The notes beneath the pieces were generated by a model that saw only the letters and a list, made by a program, of their open reading frames with translations, was not told where the DNA came from and made no database searches. This document shows positions 21,341-31,477 of a stretch of 64,000 bases of DNA, piece by piece. A program made the translations under genes and the position numbers. This stretch comes from Clostridia bacterium. GTDB lineage: Bacteria > Bacillota > Clostridia > UBA1212 > DUPL01. How positions within the stretch are numbered: position 1 is the stretch's first letter; each line of letters starts with the position of its first letter. The DNA lies in assembly GCA_050951325.1 (NCBI GenBank), contig JBMNIW010000012.1, positions 32,001 through 96,000 of the forward strand, given 5' to 3'.

Positions 21341-22915
21341 CTAGCGGAATATGTATAAGGGTTTACTGTCAAAATAATCGTCGGTCCAGTATTCTTCCAG
21401 CCTTGCTTCAATTATCCCCAAAACTTCTTCATCTATCTTTACACTCTCATTTCCATTATAGAAAAACAGTTCATTACCACTCTCCTTATATACTATGGCA
21501 TCTTCTTGATAATAGATGTACTCCTTTACAATTTTCCCTATTCGTTTTGGTTTCCATCCACTGTATATGTACAAAGTCATATCTATGAGGCTGATACTTT
21601 CACCCTCATCCCTTGCATACTTTTGATATATTATGTTTCCTTCTTTATCTGCCCGTATGCTTTGTATATACACTTTAGAGTCAAAATATTTACCGTTTAG
21701 AAAAGTGTCATTTTTGTGGGTTTTTGCGTTCTTTATGATAAGTACCTCATCCTTGTTGGGAAGGGGATAGAAATAGGATACGTTTTTCTCATAGGGTTTG
21801 CTTTCCCCATTCCCCACATCATACACCATCAATGTTCCGCCGTTTTCACTGTAATCCATCATGTAATATATTTTTGTACCTGTGTGGTTTAATCTATACC
21901 AGTCAACACCGTCAAACACGTCCGCCCTTTTTACATCCTTGCCTCTTGCCACATATGCGTCTCCTGCCTTATCTGTAAAGATTACAGTAGGACCACTCTG
22001 AGCAATTGCAAGAAGATGGCTGATTGTTACCTTATCAAGCACATGCACTTTATTGTCATACCAACAAAGTTTCGAATCATTATTCAAGTAATACATGCCT
22101 GAATTAAAAGAAGCACACACCTCTTGTATGCCATCTGTTATAAATTTGGATTTGCCGGCTTTGTATACGTACATCTTGCTGCCTTGTTTGTAGTAGATTT
22201 CTTTTAAATCCTCCCCAATTGACACAACCTCGTTTGATTCAAATTCCTTTTTAGTTCCATTATACAAATATGTAATTCCGTCTTTTTCAAAACATACATT
22301 TTTCCCGTCTCTTGAGATTGCAAAGTAAATCACATTAGTTGCAACTTCCTCCTTGCCCTCCATCGTCCACATATAAAGTTTGTTCGATGCCATGGTTCCT
22401 TTTATATAGTAAACTATGGTGCCCTTCTCGTTTATGCGGTAATTGTATACATCCTGGTCAATGGTCCTCGGGCCTTCTTTTAAGGTAAAATCCAAAATCT
22501 TAAGTGCATTTTCATCTGTGATATAAAAAAGCTTTTTGTTATCTCTTGTTCTTTTTACCTGTACCATCTTTCCATCTATGGTCCATCTTTGCTTGAAGTT
22601 ATAGATGTGTATAACGTCCTCTTTCTTATAGATTATTATATCAGGATACTTGCTATTCAGGATGAATTTATACACAAATATTCCTGCAGCAACAAACAGA
22701 ATTACAATAACAGCTGCGGCAATTCTTTTGATTGCATCCTTGCTGTCCCTATCCTCTTTCTCCTTCTTTTCCCCCAAGGTTTTGCATTTGTCGCATATCC
22801 TTTTGTCCGATTCTATCAAACTACCGCATTTTTCACACTCGGAATACTCCCTGCCACATCCAGGACAAATGCTTACACTAGGGTCCAATTCCTTTCCACA
22901 ATTACTGCAAAACAT
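21341..22915 (-). CDS. Double zinc-ribbon + TM + beta-propeller-like protein
   Basis: MFCSNCG...CPGCG...CEKCG...CDKC; TM; INEKGTIVYY, ISRDGK. Confidence 0.8.
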   Translation of the reverse strand: MFCSNCGKELDPSVSICPGCGREYSECEKCGSLIESDKRICDKCKTLGEKKEKEDRDSKDAIKRIAAAVIVILFVAAGIFVYKFILNSKYPDIIIYKKEDVIHIYNFKQRWTIDGKMVQVKRTRDNKKLFYITDENALKILDFTLKEGPRTIDQDVYNYRINEKGTIVYYIKGTMASNKLYMWTMEGKEEVATNVIYFAISRDGKNVCFEKDGITYLYNGTKKEFESNEVVSIGEDLKEIYYKQGSKMYVYKAGKSKFITDGIQEVCASFNSGMYYLNNDSKLCWYDNKVHVLDKVTISHLLAIAQSGPTVIFTDKAGDAYVARGKDVKRADVFDGVDWYRLNHTGTKIYYMMDYSENGGTLMVYDVGNGESKPYEKNVSYFYPLPNKDEVLIIKNAKTHKNDTFLNGKYFDSKVYIQSIRADKEGNIIYQKYARDEGESISLIDMTLYIYSGWKPKRIGKIVKEYIYYQEDAIVYKESGNELFFYNGNESVKIDEEVLGIIEARLEEYWTDDYFDSKPLYIFR

Positions 22916-22947
22916 GGCACTACTCCCAACTTTCATTATTCTACGGT

Positions 22948-24471
22948 TCAAAATACACTGTAAAGATTAAGTCCATGATTCTCACTTTGCTCTTCTTCAT
23001 AGTGTCCGTATTTTTCCTCTCTTACAGCAATTAAAGAGTACACTTTGTCATCAACAATACTTTCATACTCTCCATCATACAAATACAAATCGGTATATGA
23101 AGAACCCTGGGTACGCTTTATGAAATAGATTTTGTTTTTATTGTAATAGAAGAAGGACTCAAAATTGTCGGTTATCTTTTTTGTTTCTTCTTCTGTTTTT
23201 ATATACAGCGCCTTTTCGTCACCCAATGTCTGGTATATGACGTTTCCATCTATGTCAGAAAAAATCGTATTTTTATCCACTCTCTCTATTATCTTTTTCT
23301 TGTTTATATATAGCACAACAGAACCTCTTTGGTCATACTTCAGAGCCACAACGTCACCTTTTGCAGTGAGGCCAAAGTCTACCACAGAGGTGTCATAGGA
23401 CTCCCAACTCTTCAATTCCAAATCTCTCACATAAAGGTTTCTATCCCAACATAAAACATATATCTTCCTATCGCATACTTTTGCTTTCTCAGGGATATCA
23501 GCATACGGGTTTGTACTTGTCGTTCCTTCATACACAACAGTCACCTTATCATTGTTTTTAACCACCACTATAGGTTCTTTTGTGTCCGCATGTAGTATCG
23601 AACTGTAAAAGAGGTTTAATACTTTTACTTCCTGCAGGTCATAATAGCAGAGAGAATTAAACGTGTTGCAAAAATACAATCTCCCATCCTGAAGACAGGT
23701 TACCATTTCCTTTACCCCGTCATATATCTCCACTACTTTCCCGTCTTTGTATGTACATAATTTTCTATCGGTTATGAAGTAAACATTGTCAAGATTTATG
23801 TCGTAAAGAAGGGAGTGATTGCTGTCATAGGAAGAAGAAAATGCAAGAGTGTCATTTTTGTAATAGAAAACCTCATTTTCTGTTGTGCAAAGCAGGTTGC
23901 TCCCATCAGGGGAGATAACGAAATCCACGGCGCCTTCGGCTATCAGCTTTGCTGATTTCAAATCGCTTTTGTACAGTTTTCTCTCTTGAGTACTTCCTTT
24001 TAAATAATAGACTATGTCACCTGTTTTGCTTATCTTGAACTCCCTAACATCTTCGTCCACCACTCCGCCCTTTCTTTGAGATGGCAATTCTACATACATT
24101 AAAGTATTGTCACTCTCATCCATGTAAAAAAACCTGCTTCCATCCTGGCTTATTCTTGTATTTTGGGATTTTATCAGGGCATTAACTTTGGTTGCTCTTG
24201 TGAGATCGAAGTTTGTCATGTACACATTGCCATCTTTGTTGTACAAAACAAGATTTGGATACTCACCAGGGTTCACATAACTCCAAAATACAGCAACACC
24301 TATAATTGCAAGCATGTACACCAACACTGTTGCAATTGACGCAAATGTCAAGTTCTTTTTACTCTTTTGGATACTAACACTGCAAGACCCATTCATCGAA
24401 AACTCCTGCCCACAGTTCTGACAAAACCTTACACCGCTTTCCAGTTCAAAACCACACAAGTCACATCTCAT
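22948..24471 (-). CDS. Zinc-ribbon + TM + beta-propeller-like protein
   Basis: MRCDLCG...CQNCG; TM; YPNLVLY, ISQDGSRFFY; similar to 19077-20672. Confidence 0.8.
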   Translation of the reverse strand: MRCDLCGFELESGVRFCQNCGQEFSMNGSCSVSIQKSKKNLTFASIATVLVYMLAIIGVAVFWSYVNPGEYPNLVLYNKDGNVYMTNFDLTRATKVNALIKSQNTRISQDGSRFFYMDESDNTLMYVELPSQRKGGVVDEDVREFKISKTGDIVYYLKGSTQERKLYKSDLKSAKLIAEGAVDFVISPDGSNLLCTTENEVFYYKNDTLAFSSSYDSNHSLLYDINLDNVYFITDRKLCTYKDGKVVEIYDGVKEMVTCLQDGRLYFCNTFNSLCYYDLQEVKVLNLFYSSILHADTKEPIVVVKNNDKVTVVYEGTTSTNPYADIPEKAKVCDRKIYVLCWDRNLYVRDLELKSWESYDTSVVDFGLTAKGDVVALKYDQRGSVVLYINKKKIIERVDKNTIFSDIDGNVIYQTLGDEKALYIKTEEETKKITDNFESFFYYNKNKIYFIKRTQGSSYTDLYLYDGEYESIVDDKVYSLIAVREEKYGHYEEEQSENHGLNLYSVF

Positions 24472-24533
24472 ATTCCCATCGGCCTTTCTTGATTTCTTTT
24501 TATGAAAATTATAGTATACAATAATGTACAGTC

Positions 24534-24720
24534 AACTCAGGCTGTACTTTGCTCTTTCAGGTATTTCCATGGTTGATACTCCCTTATCAAGGAGCTTTGC
24601 ACCTTCTCCATCATATATATACAGCTTGTCATAAACATCCTTGTAAGCTATGGTATTAAGCTAAAGAAAAGCATGTTATCCACGTTGTCTGCTATCTTTC
24701 TTTACCACAGTTTTTACAAC
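24534..24720 (-). pseudogene. C-terminal remnant of a further propeller paralog
   Basis: Manual translation across a frameshift: KIADNVDNMLFFS...IAYKDVYDKLYIYDGEGAKLLDKGVSTMEIPERAKYSLS*. Confidence 0.55.
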
Positions 24721-25096
24721 ATATAATCATTAGTTTTCTCCATCTTAAGTCGAACTCAGAATCACGATACAATAAACAGATTTTTCTCTGTCAAAACTTT
24801 CTCACATATGACCTCGGTCAAATATTAATTTATACATAATTATACCATCCAGTGATGTATTTTTCAATATTTTTACATAAGGAGAGCCCATGACTTTTCA
24901 TGAACTCCCAAGTTCCCATATTAGAAATGACTTCGCAGAGATTCTCTTTTATAAATATCAGTGGTCCAGATAAATTCTCTTTCCGGAGTCCACACGTAAG
25001 GCTCTCTTCCCTTGAACTATGTAGACTTTTTATCAAGATCCCGGAATTATCAAAGGGCCCACATTGCTGTGAGCCCTTTGTCAGTTACCTGTTTTA

Positions 25097-26191
25097 TTAA
25101 CCCTTTTTCTTTTTAAGTACAACCACTATCGCTGTTGCAATCACAGCAGCAATTGTAACCGAAACTGCAATAGTTATGATTAATGAACTTGAATCCTTGT
25201 CGTTATTTTCGTCTTGTTTTTTATCAGGTGCTTTTGTTTGTACAGGTGAGCTTGTAGAGGGATTGTCATTTGGCTTTTCAGTTTCCTCAGGCTTCTCGGT
25301 AGGTTCCGGGGTCTTCTTTATTTCCGCCTCGTAGACAAGCTCCAAGTATTCAAGATACGCCTTTTTAATATTTCTTGCCCCAACTCCCATGCGGCTGTAC
25401 TCTGCGCATACCAAGGTATCTTCAGCTTTCAGTATCTCTTCTCCTGATGCATTCTTGATTGTAACGGCACTATAGTACTCAGCTTCGCTTGGCGACTGGT
25501 TGTTCATGAGGAAATCGGGATAGAAGTTGGTTTCTTCCGAGAATTCCGCTGTCATTACAAACTTGTCGTTTACATACAGCTTGACATCGGAGCCATTGTC
25601 TTCGAATCTAAACACTGCATAATCTGTAAGTATTGTCTTGTCTCCGTAAGCTTCAGACACATCAATATCAACCGTGTAGTTTTTAATATAGTTTTTGGCT
25701 TCCTCATCATACGCTTTTACAAACAACCTTATGGATGTCTCGCCTGCAAAAGGATATATGCAGATTCCTGTAGAGCCAATTCCAGCAGTGTCTGCGTTGT
25801 CGGCTTCAAAGTATTCCCCTTGACCTGAATTGTTTCTAATAAGGAAGTACTCTTCGGATGCCCTTACAAACAATCCTAGCCTGTCTGATGTGGATGTGCC
25901 TTTTAGTTTTGCTGAAAAGGTGTAAGGGTCCATAATTGACTCCACGCATGCAAACTGTGAATATTCAGCCAGCTCAAATATCCTTTTCCCACCTTCTTCA
26001 ATAACTTTCGATTGTGGATTGTTTGTCGGCCAGAAAATTTGCCAGTAGTCACCGTAAAAGTCGGCGTCAACAAATCCCGGTTCAAACTCGTCAAACTCTA
26101 ATTTGTCCGTTATTGTTTCCGTTTCGGTAGAAGAAACAACAAACCCAAAAACACAAACAAGCGCAATAAGAGATAGCAGTATTTTTCGCAT
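25097..26191 (-). CDS. Surface-anchored hypothetical protein
   Basis: Signal peptide, acidic beta-rich domain, PE/PT linker, TM plus KKKK. Confidence 0.8.
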   Translation of the reverse strand: MRKILLSLIALVCVFGFVVSSTETETITDKLEFDEFEPGFVDADFYGDYWQIFWPTNNPQSKVIEEGGKRIFELAEYSQFACVESIMDPYTFSAKLKGTSTSDRLGLFVRASEEYFLIRNNSGQGEYFEADNADTAGIGSTGICIYPFAGETSIRLFVKAYDEEAKNYIKNYTVDIDVSEAYGDKTILTDYAVFRFEDNGSDVKLYVNDKFVMTAEFSEETNFYPDFLMNNQSPSEAEYYSAVTIKNASGEEILKAEDTLVCAEYSRMGVGARNIKKAYLEYLELVYEAEIKKTPEPTEKPEETEKPNDNPSTSSPVQTKAPDKKQDENNDKDSSSLIITIAVSVTIAAVIATAIVVVLKKKKG

Positions 26192-26207
26192 TTGGATTTC
26201 CCCCTGT

Positions 26208-28151
26208 TTATTTTTTCTTGAACGTTTTAACCAGCATTAATCCACATCCCAAAATCACAAGTCCGCAAAGTGCAAGCACTATTGGCAAAGTGTAATTGAC
26301 TTTCGCTGTACTTTTCGTCGTTGAATATGAGGATGTGTATGAGTAGGCCAGTCTTCCCAAAGGAACACTGCATCCTGATACGTAATAATCCATTATGTCG
26401 GATTCCTTTTCTATAGAGTCCGCCACTTTAAAGTAGATTGTGAAGGAGCCCTTTTCAATACCCAAGTCTTTAAGAGGCACCTTTATCTGCATAGTGTTTT
26501 TTGATACCGAGTAATCTACATCAGCTTTCTTACCAAAGTCATAGCCACCGTTTGAAACCTCAAGGGAGGTCTTCGTTTCAGAAACAGGATTCCTGTTTAC
26601 CACAAACTGAAACCTCTCCCATGACTTTTCACTGCTGCCTTCCACACCTATAAACAGATTCATCCAGTTTGTTTTGCCTGTTTTATACTGAGTTATGTCT
26701 TCATCGGTTTCTATCAAGAAATACAAATTCTCACTATCGTGTGCAACATGAATTTCCTTTACAAAGTTGTCTGGAGCCGCCTGTGTGTATGTTACCTGAT
26801 TGGAAAAGCCTTTGTAATCCCTTTCCGTCTTTTGTGTAGCAACATTCCTGTATACAGGAGCACCTTCCCATTGCTCTTTCCCCAATGTTATATCAATGGT
26901 TCTTTCATCAATCTTCCTGTTCTTGTCAATTCCAATCCCTTTATACTCCCTTATCCTCCTTACAAGGGACATATAGAAGTTGTCGCCATAACCTTCCTGT
27001 ATGTATTTGCCTTCATCGTCGACTATGTAGTTTGGATACTTGGTCATTTCAATATCCCTGGAAAACTCGGTATTGAAAGAGTCAACAAACCTTGCAAACA
27101 GATCCCCTTCCAGGACAATCTTTGGCGCTATCCATTCATTCCATCCGGTTACAAAGATAATTTCGGGATTCCCCTTTATCGCAAAATCCCACTGTTCATT
27201 GAAGTTGTCTCCTCTTTCTATGGCTTCGACATTTCCATTGTCGGGATTATTTGTGGTGTAGCCCCTTCCCCAGCTGGGCCTTAACGTTTTACCGTCATTA
27301 GGCTGAACAGACAGACTGAAGTTGCTTCCCGTATGCTGTGCCACGGATACATTCATCAGATTACCAAACAGTCTGAGAGGTCTTTCAAAGTCAACATACG
27401 GCCAGCCGTCACTCCTGAAATCATCTCTTGGCCAGAAGGGGTGTCTTAGCTCAAAGTAGTTCCAGTACTCCTTGGGCATGTCTTCTTTGACAGCTATTAG
27501 ATAGGGTTTCTCTCCGCCTGCTCTAAACCACAATTCATCATACTTAGCATCCTGGTACAGTTCTTCATATAGTAGAGGAATCTGGTTTGCACAGTCCTTT
27601 TTGGTAAAGAACATGACTTTAGGCACATCCCAACCTGCTTCCTTGTACTCAAGAAGCAGTTCCAGCATCGTCCTTAGAGGGCTCCAGTAGATATGGTAGT
27701 TTGTAAAGTCGTAGGCAATAAAGTCTATGCCTGAGTACACAAACAACTCTATATGCTTCCTTATGACCCAAGGATCGGAAGAGTTATAGTATCCGTACAA
27801 AGGCTCGTTGAAATAGAACATCTTCCTTACATTCGTTTTTGTGTCAAAAAGAAACTCCCTATCTTCTCTTAGCAGTTTTGTTATGTCAAATATGTCTCTT
27901 TGAACTCCGCCGGAGTTATGGTATTGGCCATCATGCCATGCGAAGTAGAAGATTCCTACATACTTGTTTGATATAAAGTCCGATACTGGACCAATACTAC
28001 GGCCAAATGCATCAGTACCGCTGATTAACGCCAGGCCCGCATCCAGATTTTCCAAGTTTGTCCCCTCTCCCGCCAGTATTGAAACTGTGTTTGCCATTAT
28101 GCTAATGGTAACAATAACAGTTATCAGTAGTTTAATGTACATTTTTATCAT
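26208..28151 (-). CDS. Surface-anchored GH99/GH71-like glycoside hydrolase
   Basis: VGIFYFAWH, PLYGYYNSSDPWVIRKH, GIDF, VTGWNEW; C-terminal TM. Confidence 0.6.
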   Translation of the reverse strand: MIKMYIKLLITVIVTISIMANTVSILAGEGTNLENLDAGLALISGTDAFGRSIGPVSDFISNKYVGIFYFAWHDGQYHNSGGVQRDIFDITKLLREDREFLFDTKTNVRKMFYFNEPLYGYYNSSDPWVIRKHIELFVYSGIDFIAYDFTNYHIYWSPLRTMLELLLEYKEAGWDVPKVMFFTKKDCANQIPLLYEELYQDAKYDELWFRAGGEKPYLIAVKEDMPKEYWNYFELRHPFWPRDDFRSDGWPYVDFERPLRLFGNLMNVSVAQHTGSNFSLSVQPNDGKTLRPSWGRGYTTNNPDNGNVEAIERGDNFNEQWDFAIKGNPEIIFVTGWNEWIAPKIVLEGDLFARFVDSFNTEFSRDIEMTKYPNYIVDDEGKYIQEGYGDNFYMSLVRRIREYKGIGIDKNRKIDERTIDITLGKEQWEGAPVYRNVATQKTERDYKGFSNQVTYTQAAPDNFVKEIHVAHDSENLYFLIETDEDITQYKTGKTNWMNLFIGVEGSSEKSWERFQFVVNRNPVSETKTSLEVSNGGYDFGKKADVDYSVSKNTMQIKVPLKDLGIEKGSFTIYFKVADSIEKESDIMDYYVSGCSVPLGRLAYSYTSSYSTTKSTAKVNYTLPIVLALCGLVILGCGLMLVKTFKKK

Positions 28152-28246
28152 TTAATTATCATCCTTGCTGCATTATTACTTGTACATTATAGACCAACGG
28201 TGAAAGTTAAATAAACTCACAAAATTAATTATTTTATATACTTTTC

Positions 28247-29350
28247 TTATCCTTCGAAGGGAAAAACAAAATCAAGGTTCAGCATATCTCTAACTCCAAC
28301 AAGTTCTTTGCGAACCGATTCGTTTACAAACAAACCTTTGTCTATTCTCTCCATCCTGGCAAGATACTCCTTTTCCCCAGCCGTATAGATTCGGTCATGA
28401 CCTTCCGCCTTTTTGGAATTCCTAAGTTCTCTTAGGATGTCTCCTGCAGTCTTCTTAAACACCTGAACCCCCATGAAAGCCTCAGGGTCAATGGCTATAA
28501 AGAAATGGCCCAGCGGATAAGGTATCTTTTCTCCCTTTTCGTTAACACCAGCAAGCATCTTTAAATAACTGCCCGCCTGAAGCGCTGCACTCAGTATTTC
28601 CACAACTGTGGCATAACCGTAACCCTTGTAGCCTCCTAGCTCCTCTCCAATTCCCCCCAACGGTGCCAAAGCGGCTCTTCCTTCATTAAGTGCCTTCAAT
28701 ATTTCGTTACTGTCCGTCATCGCCTTGCCATCCTCACCTATTACCATACCAAAAGGCGTATCCATGTTGCTTCTGGCAAAGTATTCAATCTTCCCTCTTT
28801 GGGTTATGCTTGTGGCACAGTCAAGGACAAAGGGGAACTCTTCATCCGTAGGCATTCCAAAGGTGAGGGGATTTGTACCCAGCATGTTTTCCACTCCAAA
28901 GGTAGGAGCAATAGATGGTCTTGCATTGGTGCCTGTTATGCCTATCATATCTGCGTCCGTTGCCATGGTAACATAATATCCTGCAAACCCATAGTGGGTT
29001 GAGTTTCTTACGGCAACCATGCCCATTCCATACTTTTTTGCCTTTTCCATACACATCTTCATTGCCTTGTATGCAATAACCATTCCCATGCCGTTATGTC
29101 CGTCAATAACCGCTGTGGTTTTGGTTTCCCTTACAACTTCAAATTCGGTAACGGGATTCAATATTCCGTCAATTATTCTGTCTACATATATGGGTTTGAA
29201 ACGATTGACGCCATGACTCTCGATTCCTCTTTTATCACTTTCAATCAATATATCGGCACAAATTGCCGCATCTTCTTCAGGTACGCCAAGTTTTACAAAT
29301 GCGCATATTATGAAGTCTTCAATCTTATCCCAGGATATGTACATATTCAT
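28247..29350 (-). CDS. Ldh_2-family (malate/L-lactate-type) oxidoreductase
   Basis: GIESHG, RNSTHYG, LGTNP, GYKGYG motifs. Confidence 0.92.
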   Translation of the reverse strand: MNMYISWDKIEDFIICAFVKLGVPEEDAAICADILIESDKRGIESHGVNRFKPIYVDRIIDGILNPVTEFEVVRETKTTAVIDGHNGMGMVIAYKAMKMCMEKAKKYGMGMVAVRNSTHYGFAGYYVTMATDADMIGITGTNARPSIAPTFGVENMLGTNPLTFGMPTDEEFPFVLDCATSITQRGKIEYFARSNMDTPFGMVIGEDGKAMTDSNEILKALNEGRAALAPLGGIGEELGGYKGYGYATVVEILSAALQAGSYLKMLAGVNEKGEKIPYPLGHFFIAIDPEAFMGVQVFKKTAGDILRELRNSKKAEGHDRIYTAGEKEYLARMERIDKGLFVNESVRKELVGVRDMLNLDFVFPFEG

Positions 29351-29488
29351 CCGCTCCTTTTTAGGTTATAAACCATTACCTATTGTATATAAATGTATCA
29401 TAATTATGACTGCAATGCAATTGAACAATAAAAATAACCGGTTGAGTGTTTCCCAACCAGTTATTTTTATCTAATTTCTTTATTTGGA

Positions 29489-30049
29489 TTACATCAGGTT
29501 TATCTCACCAGTTTTTAGGTTGAATGAATATACACCTTCAAAATCATCGTCGTTTACTGTTGTCCACCTGAAATCGACAGCTATAGTCTCTTGATCTTCC
29601 CACCCTCTGATTTTGAATACAGGATCAGGCCGCGAATTTCTCGGCTTATTATCGTCTCCTACAAGAGCAGCAATCCCCGCCATGCTTGGAGTAGGTCTTT
29701 CTTCTTTTTTCTCTATATCCACTATGGTACTGTCTGCATAGGTTCTTGCCGCATAGTTTATTGCCAGGTAACTACTATCGGAAGACCAAAGGAATTCCAC
29801 CATCAAATATCCAGGAGTCATGGACCATACAATTTCCTCATCTTCCAGACGAATTATGCGGATGCCATCATAGGATTCAAAGATACCATCCACCAAAGTT
29901 GCGTATGCTTCAGCACGATATTTACCATCAGGAGAGCTGGATGAAAATATTTTGCTGGTTGGCACTTCATATACCCTTGTTTCGTAGTTCGCACCATGAA
30001 TAATTAGGACAAAAATAGATAATAATCATCAACAAACGCCCAAATATAG
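29489..30049 (-). pseudogene. Hypothetical membrane-anchored protein, 5'-truncated at an IS end
   Basis: ORF 29489-29965 extends upstream (LSIFVLIIHGANYETRVYEV) toward the TIR at 30050; SPDGKY and WSSDS motifs. Confidence 0.5.
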
Positions 30050-30160
30050 CAATGTCATTAACTTAAGAAACTCGTTTTAAAGAACCCTAACTTATTCGGT
30101 TAGGGTCTTTTTATTACATTTTCAGTTTACATTTTAAAACAGATATGATAAAATAATACA
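30050..30160 (+). mobile_element. Orphan IS4-family terminus
   Basis: CAATGTCATTAACTTAAGA is the exact reverse complement of 39625-39643; followed by a hairpin and a TTTACA-17-TAAAAT promoter-like motif. Confidence 0.7.
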
Positions 30161-30299
30161 GAATACTATTACCATTACCATCTGTAATGCTGATAAGATT
30201 GCCCCAACTGTCATATGTATACTTGGCAACAACATTGTAGTTTTGGTCAATTACTCCAATAATATCACCCTACTCATCATAGAGTAAAATTACTGTTTT
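30160..30299 (-). pseudogene. RHS repeat-associated core fragment
   Basis: Manual translation LLYDE*GDIIGVIDQNYNVVAKYTYDSWGNLISITDGNGN. Confidence 0.75.
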
Positions 30300-30387
30300 T
30301 CACTCCTTTATTTAATTCCGTACCGTTACATTCTATGAATTGTTTTATTGCTAACCTTGCTCCTTTTAAACCTAAAGAACCTCTCTT

Positions 30388-31239
30388 TTACCTGTGTTTT
30401 ATAAACGTTCCGTTACTCAGTTCCTCGAAAGCAAGGTCCAGTTCCTCTTTGGTGTTCATGACAATAGGACCTCCCCATGCTATAGGTTGTTTCAAAGGCC
30501 TTGCTGATAAAAGAATGAACCGTACATCCGTATCATGCGCCTTTATCCAGAACTTCTCACCCTTGTTAAAGAGTATGGCCTGCTTTGCATCGTATAATTC
30601 ATTTTGATCGGAGGGGTTGAAAGTGGCTTGTCCATAAAACATGTATATGAACAAGGTATTTTCAGGGTTTGTAACGAAACTCCATTCCTTGTTTGCTTCC
30701 AAAGCCACATCAAAGTATGTAGCTTTTACGTATTTTCCTTCAAAAGCACCTTTTGTTCCATTGTATTCACCTGAAATTATGCGTATTTTAACACCGTCTT
30801 TCTCGATTTCAGGCACATCCTCGCACTTGATGTCCCCGTAAGCGGGTTTTGTCATCTTGTCTTTGGCGGGCAGATTCAGCCATATTTGCGCTCCAAGCAT
30901 TCTTTTGCTCTCTTTTGGCATTTCCTGATGGATTATGCCCGAGCCTGCCGTCATCCACTGGCATTCGCCATCCAGAATAACTCCCTCATTTCCAAGGCTG
31001 TCACCATGTTCTACCTTCCCGCTTATTAAATAGGTGATAGTTTCAATTCCCCTGTGCGGATGCCATGGAAATCCTTTAATATAGTCTTGCGGGTCTGTTG
31101 AGTCAAAAGCGTCCAGCATGAGGAAGGGGTCGTAATCCTTTGTATCTCTGTAACCAATCACTCTTACCAGATTGACACCTGCCCCATCTACTGCTCTCTT
31201 CCCTGATGTAACCTTTGCTACCTTTCTGATTTTGTCCAT
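30388..31239 (-). CDS. Pirin family protein
   Basis: DPFLMLD, GFPWHPHRGIETITY, WMTAGSGIIHQEMP. Confidence 0.95.
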   Translation of the reverse strand: MDKIRKVAKVTSGKRAVDGAGVNLVRVIGYRDTKDYDPFLMLDAFDSTDPQDYIKGFPWHPHRGIETITYLISGKVEHGDSLGNEGVILDGECQWMTAGSGIIHQEMPKESKRMLGAQIWLNLPAKDKMTKPAYGDIKCEDVPEIEKDGVKIRIISGEYNGTKGAFEGKYVKATYFDVALEANKEWSFVTNPENTLFIYMFYGQATFNPSDQNELYDAKQAILFNKGEKFWIKAHDTDVRFILLSARPLKQPIAWGGPIVMNTKEELDLAFEELSNGTFIKHR

Positions 31240-31477
31240 AGCTTTAGGTCCTTTCATTGTATTTTATGGTAATTATACAATGAAAGATTAAGACGTTCAA
31301 GACAATTGTTAATTTTTATGAAAGTTTTCACATTTTTCTTATTCATCTGTTTATTTTCTTTACACTTTAATGTATACTTAGGTGTATAGTTACCTCAATT
31401 GTAAATACGTGTAACAAATGGTCCAAGGCTTGTAAAATACCTATACATTTTATACGCAGACAAGGGGGTAGGTATAC

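Noticed and set aside
24830-25100. Short ORFs of 66-68 aa on both strands
   Set aside because: No recognisable motif; probably eroded DNA plus a terminator hairpin near 25050-25080.
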